From: an uncultured Acholeplasma sp.
Lineage (GTDB): Bacteria > Bacillota_I > Bacilli_A > Acholeplasmatales > Acholeplasmataceae
Length of the DNA: 64,000 nucleotides
Reading direction: 5' to 3'
Assembly (NCBI GenBank): GCA_964648225.1
Contig: CAZYKH010000001.1
Coordinates: forward strand, 135,959 to 199,958
The notes beneath the pieces were generated by a model. That model worked only from the letters and a program-made list of their open reading frames with translations. It was not told the DNA's origin and did no database searches. The position numbers were made by a program, and so were the translations under genes. Positions 1 to 8,641 of this stretch are shown here, piece after piece (within the stretch, counting starts at the first letter, position 1; every line of letters starts with the position of its first letter).

Positions 1-349
1 CATAAATACGACTCATAAATTTAGAATCAAATAATCTATCACCTTCAAGATAAGTCTTCTTAATAGACTCGTAAATCGCTTGATTACCAACAATTGTTAC
101 TTTATAACCGCCATATAACCAAAGTAAGGTTTTTACTAAACGGTCTGCAAAAAATAAGTTTTGTTGTAATTTTTGAGGGTCTTTAAAAATGTTGGTTGTA
201 TAACTTTCGTTAAAGCCATCCATTCTTTCAACAACAACTGTTAATGCTTCATAATCATTAGATGCCAGTACTTCCTCTTTAAATTGATTAAAATAAAGTA
301 TGGCTGGTTCATATGTAGGATCTAGTTTTAATTTATTTTTTAATGCCAT
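1..349 (-). CDS. hypothetical protein, N-terminal ~116 codons only (runs off the left window edge); last visible gene of the nagB operon
   Basis: Truncated, so absent from the ORF track. Hand translation of the minus strand from ATG 349..347 gives MALKNKLKLDPTYEPAILYFNQFKEEVLASNDYEALTVVVERMDGFNESYTTNIFKDPQKLQQNLFFADRLVKTLLWLYGGYKVTIVGNQAIYESIKKTYLEGDRLFDSKFMSRIY, open to position 2. It starts 17 nt after the nagB stop. No family recognised with confidence; it does not look like NagA. Confidence 0.5.
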   Translation of the reverse strand, partial: MALKNKLKLDPTYEPAILYFNQFKEEVLASNDYEALTVVVERMDGFNESYTTNIFKDPQKLQQNLFFADRLVKTLLWLYGGYKVTIVGNQAIYESIKKTYLEGDRLFDSKFMSRIY

Positions 350-366
350 CAATATATACCTGCTTT

Positions 367-1089
367 CTATTTTAATTTTGATGCTGCTGCTTCATCTAAA
401 TAGATGACTACATCTTTATGTTTTTGTAAAATCGATGCTGGTAAACTTTCATCTACTGGGCCATGAATCATACCATAAACAGCTTCTGCTTTTTGTTCAC
501 CAGTTGCTATTAATATGATTTTAGATGCACGCATAATATCTTGAATACCCATGGTAATGGATTGTGTAGGTACATCATCGATTGAGTCAAACATTCTAGA
601 ATTATCTTCAATTGTTGATAATGCAAGATCCGTTTGATGGGTTGTGGAGTCAAATGGTGTGCCAGGTTCATTAAACCCAATATGACCATTTGAACCTAAT
701 CCTAGTAATTGAATATCCACTTGATGTGCGTCCAATGCTTTTTGGAAAGTTTGAATTGCTTCTTTCGGTTCTAACGTCCCACTTGGAATAAAAGTATTTT
801 CTAATTTGATATCAATGTGATCAAATAATTGATTTCTCATAAAGTAAGCGTAAGATGCTTCATGTGTTTCATCTAAACCAATGTATTCATCTAAGTTAAA
901 TGTTGTTATATCCTTAAATGATACTTGTTTGTTTTTGTATGCTTCAATCAAATTTTTATATAAGGGAATTGGTGTTGTACCTGTTGCTAACCCTAATGTC
1001 ATATTCGGCTTTTCGTTAATTGCCTTGATATAAAAATCTGATACCGACCTATATAAGGTTTCTTTATCTTTAAAAATTTCTACTTTCAA
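367..1089 (-). CDS. nagB: glucosamine-6-phosphate deaminase
   Basis: 240 aa with [15 protein letters not shown] and [12 protein letters not shown] motifs typical of NagB. Confidence 0.95.
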   Translation of the reverse strand: MKVEIFKDKETLYRSVSDFYIKAINEKPNMTLGLATGTTPIPLYKNLIEAYKNKQVSFKDITTFNLDEYIGLDETHEASYAYFMRNQLFDHIDIKLENTFIPSGTLEPKEAIQTFQKALDAHQVDIQLLGLGSNGHIGFNEPGTPFDSTTHQTDLALSTIEDNSRMFDSIDDVPTQSITMGIQDIMRASKIILIATGEQKAEAVYGMIHGPVDESLPASILQKHKDVVIYLDEAAASKLK

Positions 1090-1093
1090 TCTA

Positions 1094-1558
1094 TCAACCT
1101 CTTATTAATCTATTGTATACATTGCCTTCTTTTTCAATGACTATTGCATCCACGGTTTTTCTATAAAAATCTAGGACGCCCTCGCCTGCACCACCGATGA
1201 TTGCATAACCGTAACCATCATGATACATAGCCTCTAAAGTATGTAAAATTAAAGCCTTCCCTATATTTTTCCCGCGTAAAGTTTGGTCAACACCGATTGG
1301 ACCAAAATAGCCTTTTGCTGTTGCATCATAAGCTGCGAAACCAACAATTTTATTTTCGTGTAATGCAACAAAACATGTTGGTTGGCTCTTATAAAGCGCT
1401 GCTTTGGCTTCTGCAGCCCAACCTTTTGAGAAGTTATTTTCGACAAATGTGATAATTTTATCACTATTTGGGGAAAGTGCTCTAACAATTATAACATCTT
1501 TTGCAGGCATTTTCATATTAAAATCTAAATTATATAAATGAACTAACATATCTTTCAT
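1094..1558 (-). CDS. GNAT family N-acetyltransferase
   Basis: 154 aa with a GNAT motif-A-like [11 protein letters not shown] core. Wedged between murQ (1-nt gap) and nagB (4-nt gap). Confidence 0.7.
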   Translation of the reverse strand: MKDMLVHLYNLDFNMKMPAKDVIIVRALSPNSDKIITFVENNFSKGWAAEAKAALYKSQPTCFVALHENKIVGFAAYDATAKGYFGPIGVDQTLRGKNIGKALILHTLEAMYHDGYGYAIIGGAGEGVLDFYRKTVDAIVIEKEGNVYNRLIRG

Positions 1559-1559
1559 A

Positions 1560-2477
1560 TTAAATATCTCCTAAAGTCATAGAATATTTGAGTGCTTCTC
1601 TTATATTACCATTAAACCTGTTTAACACTTTATCAATTTCTTCACTATCATCAATTTTTGAGATAATTGCGAAAATTGCATGTTTAACAGATTTAAATTT
1701 ATCGATATATAGTTTGGCAACATCTTCACCAACACCAGTAACTTCAACAACAATACCAACGGCACGAGATACAAGTTTATCGTTACTCATTTGAATATCA
1801 ATCATGAGGTTTTCATAAACTTTGCCAAGTTTTACCATGGTTGCTGTTGAAATCATGTTTAAAATTAGTTTTTGTGCTGTACCTGATTTCATACGTGTAG
1901 AACCAGTAAGTGGTTCTGCACCAGTGACTGCCTCTATTGGAAAATCAACAATATTAGATAACGGTGCATTTTCAGAAGTTGTAATACCACCTGTTTTAGC
2001 ACCAATGGATTTTGCATATTTCATGGCTGCAATAACATAAGGTGTACGACCACTTGCCGTTAGTCCTACAACAATATCTTGTGCACTAAAGTTGTAGTTT
2101 TTAAGATCTTCAACGCCAGCTTCTTCATTATCTTCTGCACCTTCTACAGCAATTCTTAGCGCTCTATCGCCACCGGCAATAACACCAATGACCATATCTT
2201 CTGCTACACCAAAGGTTGGTACACATTCGGATGCATCTAAAACACCCAGGCGACCAGATGTGCCGGCTCCAATATAAAATAGTCTACCACCATCTGCTAA
2301 TCTTTTAGAGATTTCGTCTACTAAGTTTGCAATCTTATCAATTTCTTTTTCGACTGCAAGCGGAACCTTTTTGTCTTCATTATTAAACATCGTTAATATT
2401 TCTTTTGTTGAGCTCACATCTAAGTTTTTAGTTAGTTTATTACGCTGTTCAGTTGTAATAGATTTTATGTCTACCAT
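1560..2477 (-). CDS. murQ: N-acetylmuramic acid 6-phosphate etherase
   Basis: 305 aa; SIS-domain etherase signature FYIGAGTSGRLGVLDASECVPTFG and a TTEQRN N-terminus. Confidence 0.95.
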   Translation of the reverse strand: MVDIKSITTEQRNKLTKNLDVSSTKEILTMFNNEDKKVPLAVEKEIDKIANLVDEISKRLADGGRLFYIGAGTSGRLGVLDASECVPTFGVAEDMVIGVIAGGDRALRIAVEGAEDNEEAGVEDLKNYNFSAQDIVVGLTASGRTPYVIAAMKYAKSIGAKTGGITTSENAPLSNIVDFPIEAVTGAEPLTGSTRMKSGTAQKLILNMISTATMVKLGKVYENLMIDIQMSNDKLVSRAVGIVVEVTGVGEDVAKLYIDKFKSVKHAIFAIISKIDDSEEIDKVLNRFNGNIREALKYSMTLGDI

Positions 2478-2482
2478 AATTA

Positions 2483-3367
2483 TTATTCCTTTCCTTTGGA
2501 TAGTTTAGATAGTATATAACCGCCATATACCGCTTCTTTAACATCCCGATTTAATATGTAATTTACTTTATTTTTATTTAATATATTTAAGACTTCATCT
2601 TTTAAATTTGGTGCGGATTCTAAAAATCCGCCACGTAAGGCAATCATCCACTGTTTTGTAGTGTTAATAGATTTAGAAACTTCGATAATACTTTGTGCAA
2701 TTAATTTAGCTTGAACTTGTATTTTTTCTAAAACATATGGATGTTGGTGGTTTGTAATATTTCTTGCAAGTTTGGCTATATCTTGTTTTTTCACCTTGTG
2801 TGTATAACCTATAATATCTTCGTTTGTTGTAAGATTTAAATCGTTTAATAAACTTTGTTGTACTTCATTTAAAGGTTTACCATAATCTAAATGATGTAGA
2901 CAATCTTTAAAGATATCCATAACGAAGTTATATGCAGAGCCTGGATCGCCAAATAGATGTCCATAACCACCATAGCGTTTCATTTGACCATCCACTAAAC
3001 TATACACGATACTTCCAGTACCACCTACAACATAAATTAATGGGGTTTTCGCATCATATGCTGAGTAAAGTCCTAAGTGTGCATCTGGATAAATGAAAAC
3101 ACGTGTATGATAAGTTTTTTCCAAATCTTTTATTAAGTTATCTTTGTTTGGAACCATACTATAACCTGAAAGTCCGATATGAATGCTTTGAACATCTTCT
3201 AGATTCATGTCATTAAGCGTGGTTTTTAAATTATCTAATGCATCTTTTACATCGACTGCAAAATTACTAGATCCTTTCATAACACGCTGAAGTTCTTGAC
3301 CATTTTCATCATATAAGACTGCTAAGGTTTTAGTGCCTCCACCATCAATGCTTACTATCTTACTCAT
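2483..3367 (-). CDS. BadF/BadG/BcrA/BcrD-type ATPase; putative GlcNAc/MurNAc 6-kinase (MurK-like)
   Basis: N-terminal IVSIDGGGTKT phosphate-1 motif and GGTGS motif of ASKHA BadF-type kinases. The ORF track starts at TTG 3373. ATG 3367 gives an 8-nt ATGAGTAA overlap with the nagZ stop, the same junction type as the two upstream genes. Start uncertain by 2 codons. Confidence 0.75.
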   Translation of the reverse strand: MSKIVSIDGGGTKTLAVLYDENGQELQRVMKGSSNFAVDVKDALDNLKTTLNDMNLEDVQSIHIGLSGYSMVPNKDNLIKDLEKTYHTRVFIYPDAHLGLYSAYDAKTPLIYVVGGTGSIVYSLVDGQMKRYGGYGHLFGDPGSAYNFVMDIFKDCLHHLDYGKPLNEVQQSLLNDLNLTTNEDIIGYTHKVKKQDIAKLARNITNHQHPYVLEKIQVQAKLIAQSIIEVSKSINTTKQWMIALRGGFLESAPNLKDEVLNILNKNKVNYILNRDVKEAVYGGYILSKLSKGKE

Positions 3368-4931
3368 AAACAATCGGCGAAACTCCTTTTGGTTTAAGTG
3401 TACCTTCTAAATACTTAACAACCGCTTCAATAGAGTTTGGTGTGTATTCATAAAAGGCTACATAATTTTTAATATTTTTTGTGTAATATAAATCATATGG
3501 ATTTCTTAAGGCTAAAACATGTAAGTCTTTGTTTAACGCACTTAAGTTATCAATAAGTTCAATTTGACTTTGATAAACATTTCCATTATACGATGTATAA
3601 ACTATTTGGTCAAAGTCTTGCGCGGTTGAGACTAACTGCTTTCTTTGTGATTCATTTGGATTAACATTTGCTTCAAGTACTGTCACATCTTTGAAATTTT
3701 GGCGTAAGCGACGTGCTAGTGTTGATTTATGTGAGTCTTCATCAGCAATGGTAGTAGCTTCAGGGTTGGTAGAAATAACTAATGTCTTACCACTTAATTT
3801 AAATGGATTTCCTTTAATTAAAGTCACTGCATCTTCTACAACTTGACGTGAAAACAATTTAGAACTCTCAGATTCAACATCCGCTTTAACATCTTCATAA
3901 GTACGTGTTAAATCAACATTTAGTTTTTCTTTATACTTTAAAGTACGTGCAACACGTTCATTTAAAGTATCCATAGATAACTCACCGGTTTTTAGTGCTT
4001 TGTTTAAGCGATCAGATGCACCAATTTGATATGGTAGATCATGACAGATACATACAAGGTTTGCACCCGCATTGACAGTCATTAAAGTCGCTTCAATCGT
4101 ACCGTAATTATCATGGATTGCTTTCATTTCAATACCATCGGTAATAATTAAACCTTCAAAGCCCATTTCTTCACGTAATAAACCTGTTAAAGCACGTTTT
4201 GATAATGTAACAGGTAAACCATTTTCAGTTAAATGCGTAAAGTTAATATGTGCTGACATAATCGCATCAATACCTGCTTTAATCGCCGCTTTAAATGGTT
4301 TAAATTCAAACTTTTCTAATTCAGATAATGGTTTTTCTACTTTTGGTAGTGCTAAGTGTGAGTCTACATGTGTATCGCCGTGACCTGGAAAGTGTTTTGC
4401 TGTTGCTACAATATGGTTTTGTAAACCTTCAATATACGCATTACCAAATGCTGCAACTTTATCTGGGTTATCTGAAAAACTACGTACACCAATGACTGGA
4501 TTTTTCGGATTATTATTGACATCTAATACTGGTGCTAAATCCATGTTAATACCTAAGTCAATTAATGTTTTACCCATTAAATCACCAATTTTATAAGCAT
4601 TATCTACTTCATTGGTTGCAGCAATGGTCATGGCTCCAGGGAAAAATGTTGCATCCTCAAAAATACGTGTGACCATACCACCTTCTTGATCAATAGTAAT
4701 ATATAGTGGTATACCCATTTCTTCCATTGCTATTTTTTGTAAATCTTGGTTTAACTTAAATAATTGTTCTGCTGATTCTACGTTTCTTGAAAATAGTAAA
4801 ATGTTACCTACTTTATATTCACGGATAAGTTTTTCAATTTCTGGTGTGACTGTTGTACCGTAAAAACCAGCAACAATCAGTTGTCCAATTTTTTCTTGAG
4901 TTGTTAATTTATTCATATCAAATTTACGCAT
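3360..4931 (-). CDS. nagZ: glycoside hydrolase family 3 beta-N-acetylglucosaminidase, no signal peptide
   Basis: GH3 motifs KHFPGHGDTHVDSH and GLIITDGIEM. Start moved from 4991 to ATG 4931 (MRKFDMNKLTTQEKIGQLIV), which has AGGAGG 10 nt upstream and overlaps the namZ stop by 8 nt. Confidence 0.9.
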   Translation of the reverse strand: MRKFDMNKLTTQEKIGQLIVAGFYGTTVTPEIEKLIREYKVGNILLFSRNVESAEQLFKLNQDLQKIAMEEMGIPLYITIDQEGGMVTRIFEDATFFPGAMTIAATNEVDNAYKIGDLMGKTLIDLGINMDLAPVLDVNNNPKNPVIGVRSFSDNPDKVAAFGNAYIEGLQNHIVATAKHFPGHGDTHVDSHLALPKVEKPLSELEKFEFKPFKAAIKAGIDAIMSAHINFTHLTENGLPVTLSKRALTGLLREEMGFEGLIITDGIEMKAIHDNYGTIEATLMTVNAGANLVCICHDLPYQIGASDRLNKALKTGELSMDTLNERVARTLKYKEKLNVDLTRTYEDVKADVESESSKLFSRQVVEDAVTLIKGNPFKLSGKTLVISTNPEATTIADEDSHKSTLARRLRQNFKDVTVLEANVNPNESQRKQLVSTAQDFDQIVYTSYNGNVYQSQIELIDNLSALNKDLHVLALRNPYDLYYTKNIKNYVAFYEYTPNSIEAVVKYLEGTLKPKGVSPIVYE

Positions 4932-6057
4932 AAAGCTTGAACCTCCTAATTGATTGTTCAAATATTTTTTCATCTTGTTTAAACCCTTCAAATATGAGGT
5001 CTAAATCCACACTTGTTTTTAACTTATTATCACCAGTTAATAAATCAATCATTTGATTGCTACCTTCAGTCCAGGGGACTCGAAATTCAAACTCTTTATA
5101 ATCTTTTCTAATTAAATCAAGAAGTTTGTAACCAAATTTTACAGGTTCAAATATGTTTTTATCTCTTAAAAATATTTCTATACCAGAACAATTTTTCCCT
5201 TCATGTTTACTAAAATTCGGAATAAAATGTACTGGTCTAACTAATATGCCCGGTGTTTGCCAAGCACTCACCTTTTTAGCGAGATCATCTGCATCGATAA
5301 ACGGTGCACCAATCATACTAAATGGTCTGGTTGTGCCACGACCTTCACTAACGTTTGTGCCTTCAAACACACAAGTACCTAAATAAATGTGTGCACTATC
5401 TAAAGTAGGAATATTTGGACTTGGTGCTAACCAAGGTAGGTTATAGTCCATAAAATCTTTATCATAGCTATAACCTGTCATTGGTATTACCGTTAAGTCA
5501 CAACCAATATTTTGTACTTCATTAAAATATAATGCAAGTTCACCTATGGTCATGCCATAACGTTGTAGGATTGGATAATACCCAACAAATGAACGGTATT
5601 TTAAATCTAAAATATTACCTTCAAGTCGATGTCCTACCGGATTTGGTCTATCAAATACAACAAATTTAAGTCCATGTTCTTTTGCTGCTTGCATCGCATG
5701 ACTCATTGTATAAATGTATGTATAAAATCTCGCCCCAACATCTTGCATATCAAAACATAAAACATCAACATTTTTAAGCATCTCTACATTAGGTCTTCTG
5801 TTTTTACCGTATAGTGAATGTACTTCTAAGCCCAGTGCTTTATCAAAGTAGCTTTCAACATGAACACCTGCTTCTGCATCTCCACGTATACCGTGCTCAG
5901 GACCATATAAAGTTGTTAAGTTGACCTTCTTACTTAATATATCTGCAGTAAGTTCTAACGATGAATTCACGCCAGTTGGATTGGTAATCAAACCAACACG
6001 TTTACCTTCAAATAGGTGTAAATATTCATCAATACGATCAATACCTAGTTTAAACAT
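4924..6057 (-). CDS. namZ: DUF1343 family exo-beta-N-acetylmuramidase (NamZ/YbbC-like), no signal peptide
   Basis: 377 aa; N-terminus GKRVGLITNPTGV and overall DUF1343 pattern. Sits beside nagZ, as ybbC-ybbD do in Bacillus subtilis. Confidence 0.85.
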   Translation of the reverse strand: MFKLGIDRIDEYLHLFEGKRVGLITNPTGVNSSLELTADILSKKVNLTTLYGPEHGIRGDAEAGVHVESYFDKALGLEVHSLYGKNRRPNVEMLKNVDVLCFDMQDVGARFYTYIYTMSHAMQAAKEHGLKFVVFDRPNPVGHRLEGNILDLKYRSFVGYYPILQRYGMTIGELALYFNEVQNIGCDLTVIPMTGYSYDKDFMDYNLPWLAPSPNIPTLDSAHIYLGTCVFEGTNVSEGRGTTRPFSMIGAPFIDADDLAKKVSAWQTPGILVRPVHFIPNFSKHEGKNCSGIEIFLRDKNIFEPVKFGYKLLDLIRKDYKEFEFRVPWTEGSNQMIDLLTGDNKLKTSVDLDLIFEGFKQDEKIFEQSIRRFKLYA

Positions 6058-6706
6058 TGGCCTTATCCAAACTTTCTATATATTCAACAACATTTCTAAA
6101 GATTAATGCATAAAGTAAAACCATCACTGACATACCCATAAAGACTAAAACTAAGACGAGTAATGGATGTAGGAATAATACAATCGGTATAAATAATATA
6201 ATGACTGCAAGTACCGTTCTAAAGATAAACTTACCACTTAAGAAGAATGCAAACTTAATCATGAGCCATATATTTGTATTTGGATATACAACCATAATTG
6301 GTAATGTATACATTGCAACAAATAAGACACTTAACACCATAATAATCATCACATATTGACCAACTAAGTTCATTGGCGATGGATTGGCTTCTAAAAAGTC
6401 ATTGTAGATTGTTAAGTTAATGACGCCGACAAAAATAGCTGCTGCTAAAATAAATCCGATTTTTAATTTTTGTTTAAAATCTTCTATAAAAAACTTAAAG
6501 TAAGTTTTAAAGATTGGTGTTTCTTCTTTTTTCAAGAACTTATGAAACATCTTATATCCAGCAATTAATGCTGGATATAAGGTTACAATTGGTAAGCTTG
6601 TTACAATAATTAATACGTTAATAACAATTAATCGAATAATCCAATCAGCAATTGTATTTAATTTTTGATATAAACTTTTATCATAAGTTTTATTTTCTTT
6701 TTTCAT
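6050..6706 (-). CDS. DUF624 (YesL-like) integral membrane protein
   Basis: 218 aa with about 6 predicted TM helices. The N-terminal pattern is typical of YesL-family proteins that accompany sugar ABC importers. Confidence 0.65.
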   Translation of the reverse strand: MKKENKTYDKSLYQKLNTIADWIIRLIVINVLIIVTSLPIVTLYPALIAGYKMFHKFLKKEETPIFKTYFKFFIEDFKQKLKIGFILAAAIFVGVINLTIYNDFLEANPSPMNLVGQYVMIIMVLSVLFVAMYTLPIMVVYPNTNIWLMIKFAFFLSGKFIFRTVLAVIILFIPIVLFLHPLLVLVLVFMGMSVMVLLYALIFRNVVEYIESLDKANV

Positions 6707-7704
6707 TAGCCTACAATACCTGTTCTTTCTATCGATTCAACGAATTGTCTTTGGACAAATAGATACATAATTAGAAGTGGTAACATCATGAGTAATGCAG
6801 CAACGTTAGAAATAGTTGCTAAAAACATTGGGTTAGACCAAACGTCTTGACCAATTAAGCTTAAACCACCTGTATAGAATAATGCCGCATAGACATTTTC
6901 AGCTGCGTTGACGAGACGCATCGTTAAAATCGGGAATGCTTCAGATAAGATGTTAAAGATCGATGCATAATATGTATCGTTCCATTGCCATACAAATGCA
7001 AATAACCCAACAGTAACTATCGCACCTCTAGCATTTGGCAACATAACATTCCAAAATATTCTAAAGACAGATGCACCATCGACTTGAGCCGCTTCTTCTA
7101 ACTCTTTAGGTAGCCCTTGGAAGAAACTTCTAAAGATGTAGATGAAAATACCACTACGTATACCTTGACCTAATCCACTCATTAAATAAATTGCATTTTC
7201 ACTACCAACAATACCTATTTCTCTAAAATATAAGTATTGAGCTAATGATAAAGCTTGCGGTGGAATAATAATTGTTAATATAACAAAGAAGAATAATATA
7301 TTACTTCCTCTAAATTTAAGTCTAGAAAATGCATAACCTGCTAGTGCTGTAGATGCAACTTGTAACACCATGGATATACCACTGAGTTTAAAGGTATTTA
7401 CCAAGGAGTTCCAATAATCTAATACGATGGCTGCTAATTCAAAGTTTTGTAAACTCCAGTTTTTAGGAATCCAAATAACTGAAGGGTCGTTTGAATCAAT
7501 TGGTGCTCTAAGACCTAGTAAAACTTGTTGGATGACTGGGTATAAAATAATGAAACATAACCCACCTAATAATAGGCCACGTAATACAGATAATAAGATA
7601 CTTTGGAACTTACGAATACGTCTTAATTGTTTACCGTGTTCTTTAGCTGCTTCAACTAAGGTAAGTTTACCTAAAGTACGATCTGCTGTAATTTTAATGT
7701 TCAT
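6706..7704 (-). CDS. carbohydrate ABC transporter permease (MalG-like)
   Basis: 332 aa, multi-TM, with EAA loop EEAAQVDGASVFRIFWNVMLP. Confidence 0.9.
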   Translation of the reverse strand: MNIKITADRTLGKLTLVEAAKEHGKQLRRIRKFQSILLSVLRGLLLGGLCFIILYPVIQQVLLGLRAPIDSNDPSVIWIPKNWSLQNFELAAIVLDYWNSLVNTFKLSGISMVLQVASTALAGYAFSRLKFRGSNILFFFVILTIIIPPQALSLAQYLYFREIGIVGSENAIYLMSGLGQGIRSGIFIYIFRSFFQGLPKELEEAAQVDGASVFRIFWNVMLPNARGAIVTVGLFAFVWQWNDTYYASIFNILSEAFPILTMRLVNAAENVYAALFYTGGLSLIGQDVWSNPMFLATISNVAALLMMLPLLIMYLFVQRQFVESIERTGIVG

Positions 7705-8641
7705 AGTGTGACCCTCCTACTTTAAATATTTTTGCTAGTAAGAAGACTACAAGTAAAGTACCAAGTATGAAGAGGACATAAATCCACGCCATTGCTGAAC
7801 TTAAGCCCCAGTTTTGTGTATTTAATTCATGTTGAATAATACCAGAAACTGGTGATGTTAAGAATGTATCTACAAGTGCGTAGACAACAACCGTTAATAT
7901 GTGTGGACTCACATTTGGTAGTGTAATTAACCAAAATGTTTCATAACCAGTTGCACCTTCGATTTTTGCTGCTTCGTATAAATGTTTAGGTATAGATTGA
8001 ATACTTGCTAAAAATAGTAGAATTGGTACCCCACTTAATGATAATATATCATAAATTCGGTCGATTAATCCGACAACAAAGTTCACCATAAACTCTGGTA
8101 TGCCCGTTTGTAGAAGGAAAAAGTGTAAGTCAAATATTTGGCCAATACCTTGTTGTTCTAAAATTTCCGTCATAATAGATCCACCACCAAGTGCAGATGC
8201 AACTGCAGCAGAGTTTAATATAACAGGTACGAAAAATATAGCACGAACGATCGCTCGACCTTTAAACTTCATGTTTAATAATACGGCCATAAATAAACTA
8301 AAGATTAATAATACCGGTAAGTTAAAGGCAACATCCGTCATTGTATTAATCATTTCAACACTAAAACTTGTTGAAGTCGATGTACTGACGTGTTGATTTA
8401 ATGCATATAAATAGTTATCAAAACCAACATGTTCAAATAAAATGGAGCCTACTTGTGGTGTAAGTTTATAAAAACTATAATTTAACGATTGGAAAAACGG
8501 CACAATAAATAGTAACAATAAGCCGATAAACCATGGCAACAAGAATACAACTGCCCATAACAGTTTTTGACGTTTATATGTCATTTCAAACTTCTTCTTA
8601 CCGTTAGGATTTAGTTGTTTGTTTGACGCTGTATCTTGCAT
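7694..8641 (-). CDS. carbohydrate ABC transporter permease (MalF/LplB-like)
   Basis: 315 aa, multi-TM, with EAA loop YEAAKIEGATGYETFWLITLP. Confidence 0.9.
   Translation of the reverse strand: MQDTASNKQLNPNGKKKFEMTYKRQKLLWAVVFLLPWFIGLLLLFIVPFFQSLNYSFYKLTPQVGSILFEHVGFDNYLYALNQHVSTSTSTSFSVEMINTMTDVAFNLPVLLIFSLFMAVLLNMKFKGRAIVRAIFFVPVILNSAAVASALGGGSIMTEILEQQGIGQIFDLHFFLLQTGIPEFMVNFVVGLIDRIYDILSLSGVPILLFLASIQSIPKHLYEAAKIEGATGYETFWLITLPNVSPHILTVVVYALVDTFLTSPVSGIIQHELNTQNWGLSSAMAWIYVLFILGTLLVVFLLAKIFKVGGSHYEH

Noticed and set aside
4932-4991. Longer N-terminal extensions offered by the ORF track for nagZ (4991), anmK (34731), DUF2130 (40902), thiN (45777), leuS (62206) and pgl (62647)
   Set aside because: In each case an internal ATG has a proper Shine-Dalgarno at 5-10 nt, gives the family-typical N-terminus, and removes long overlaps with the upstream gene or promoter.
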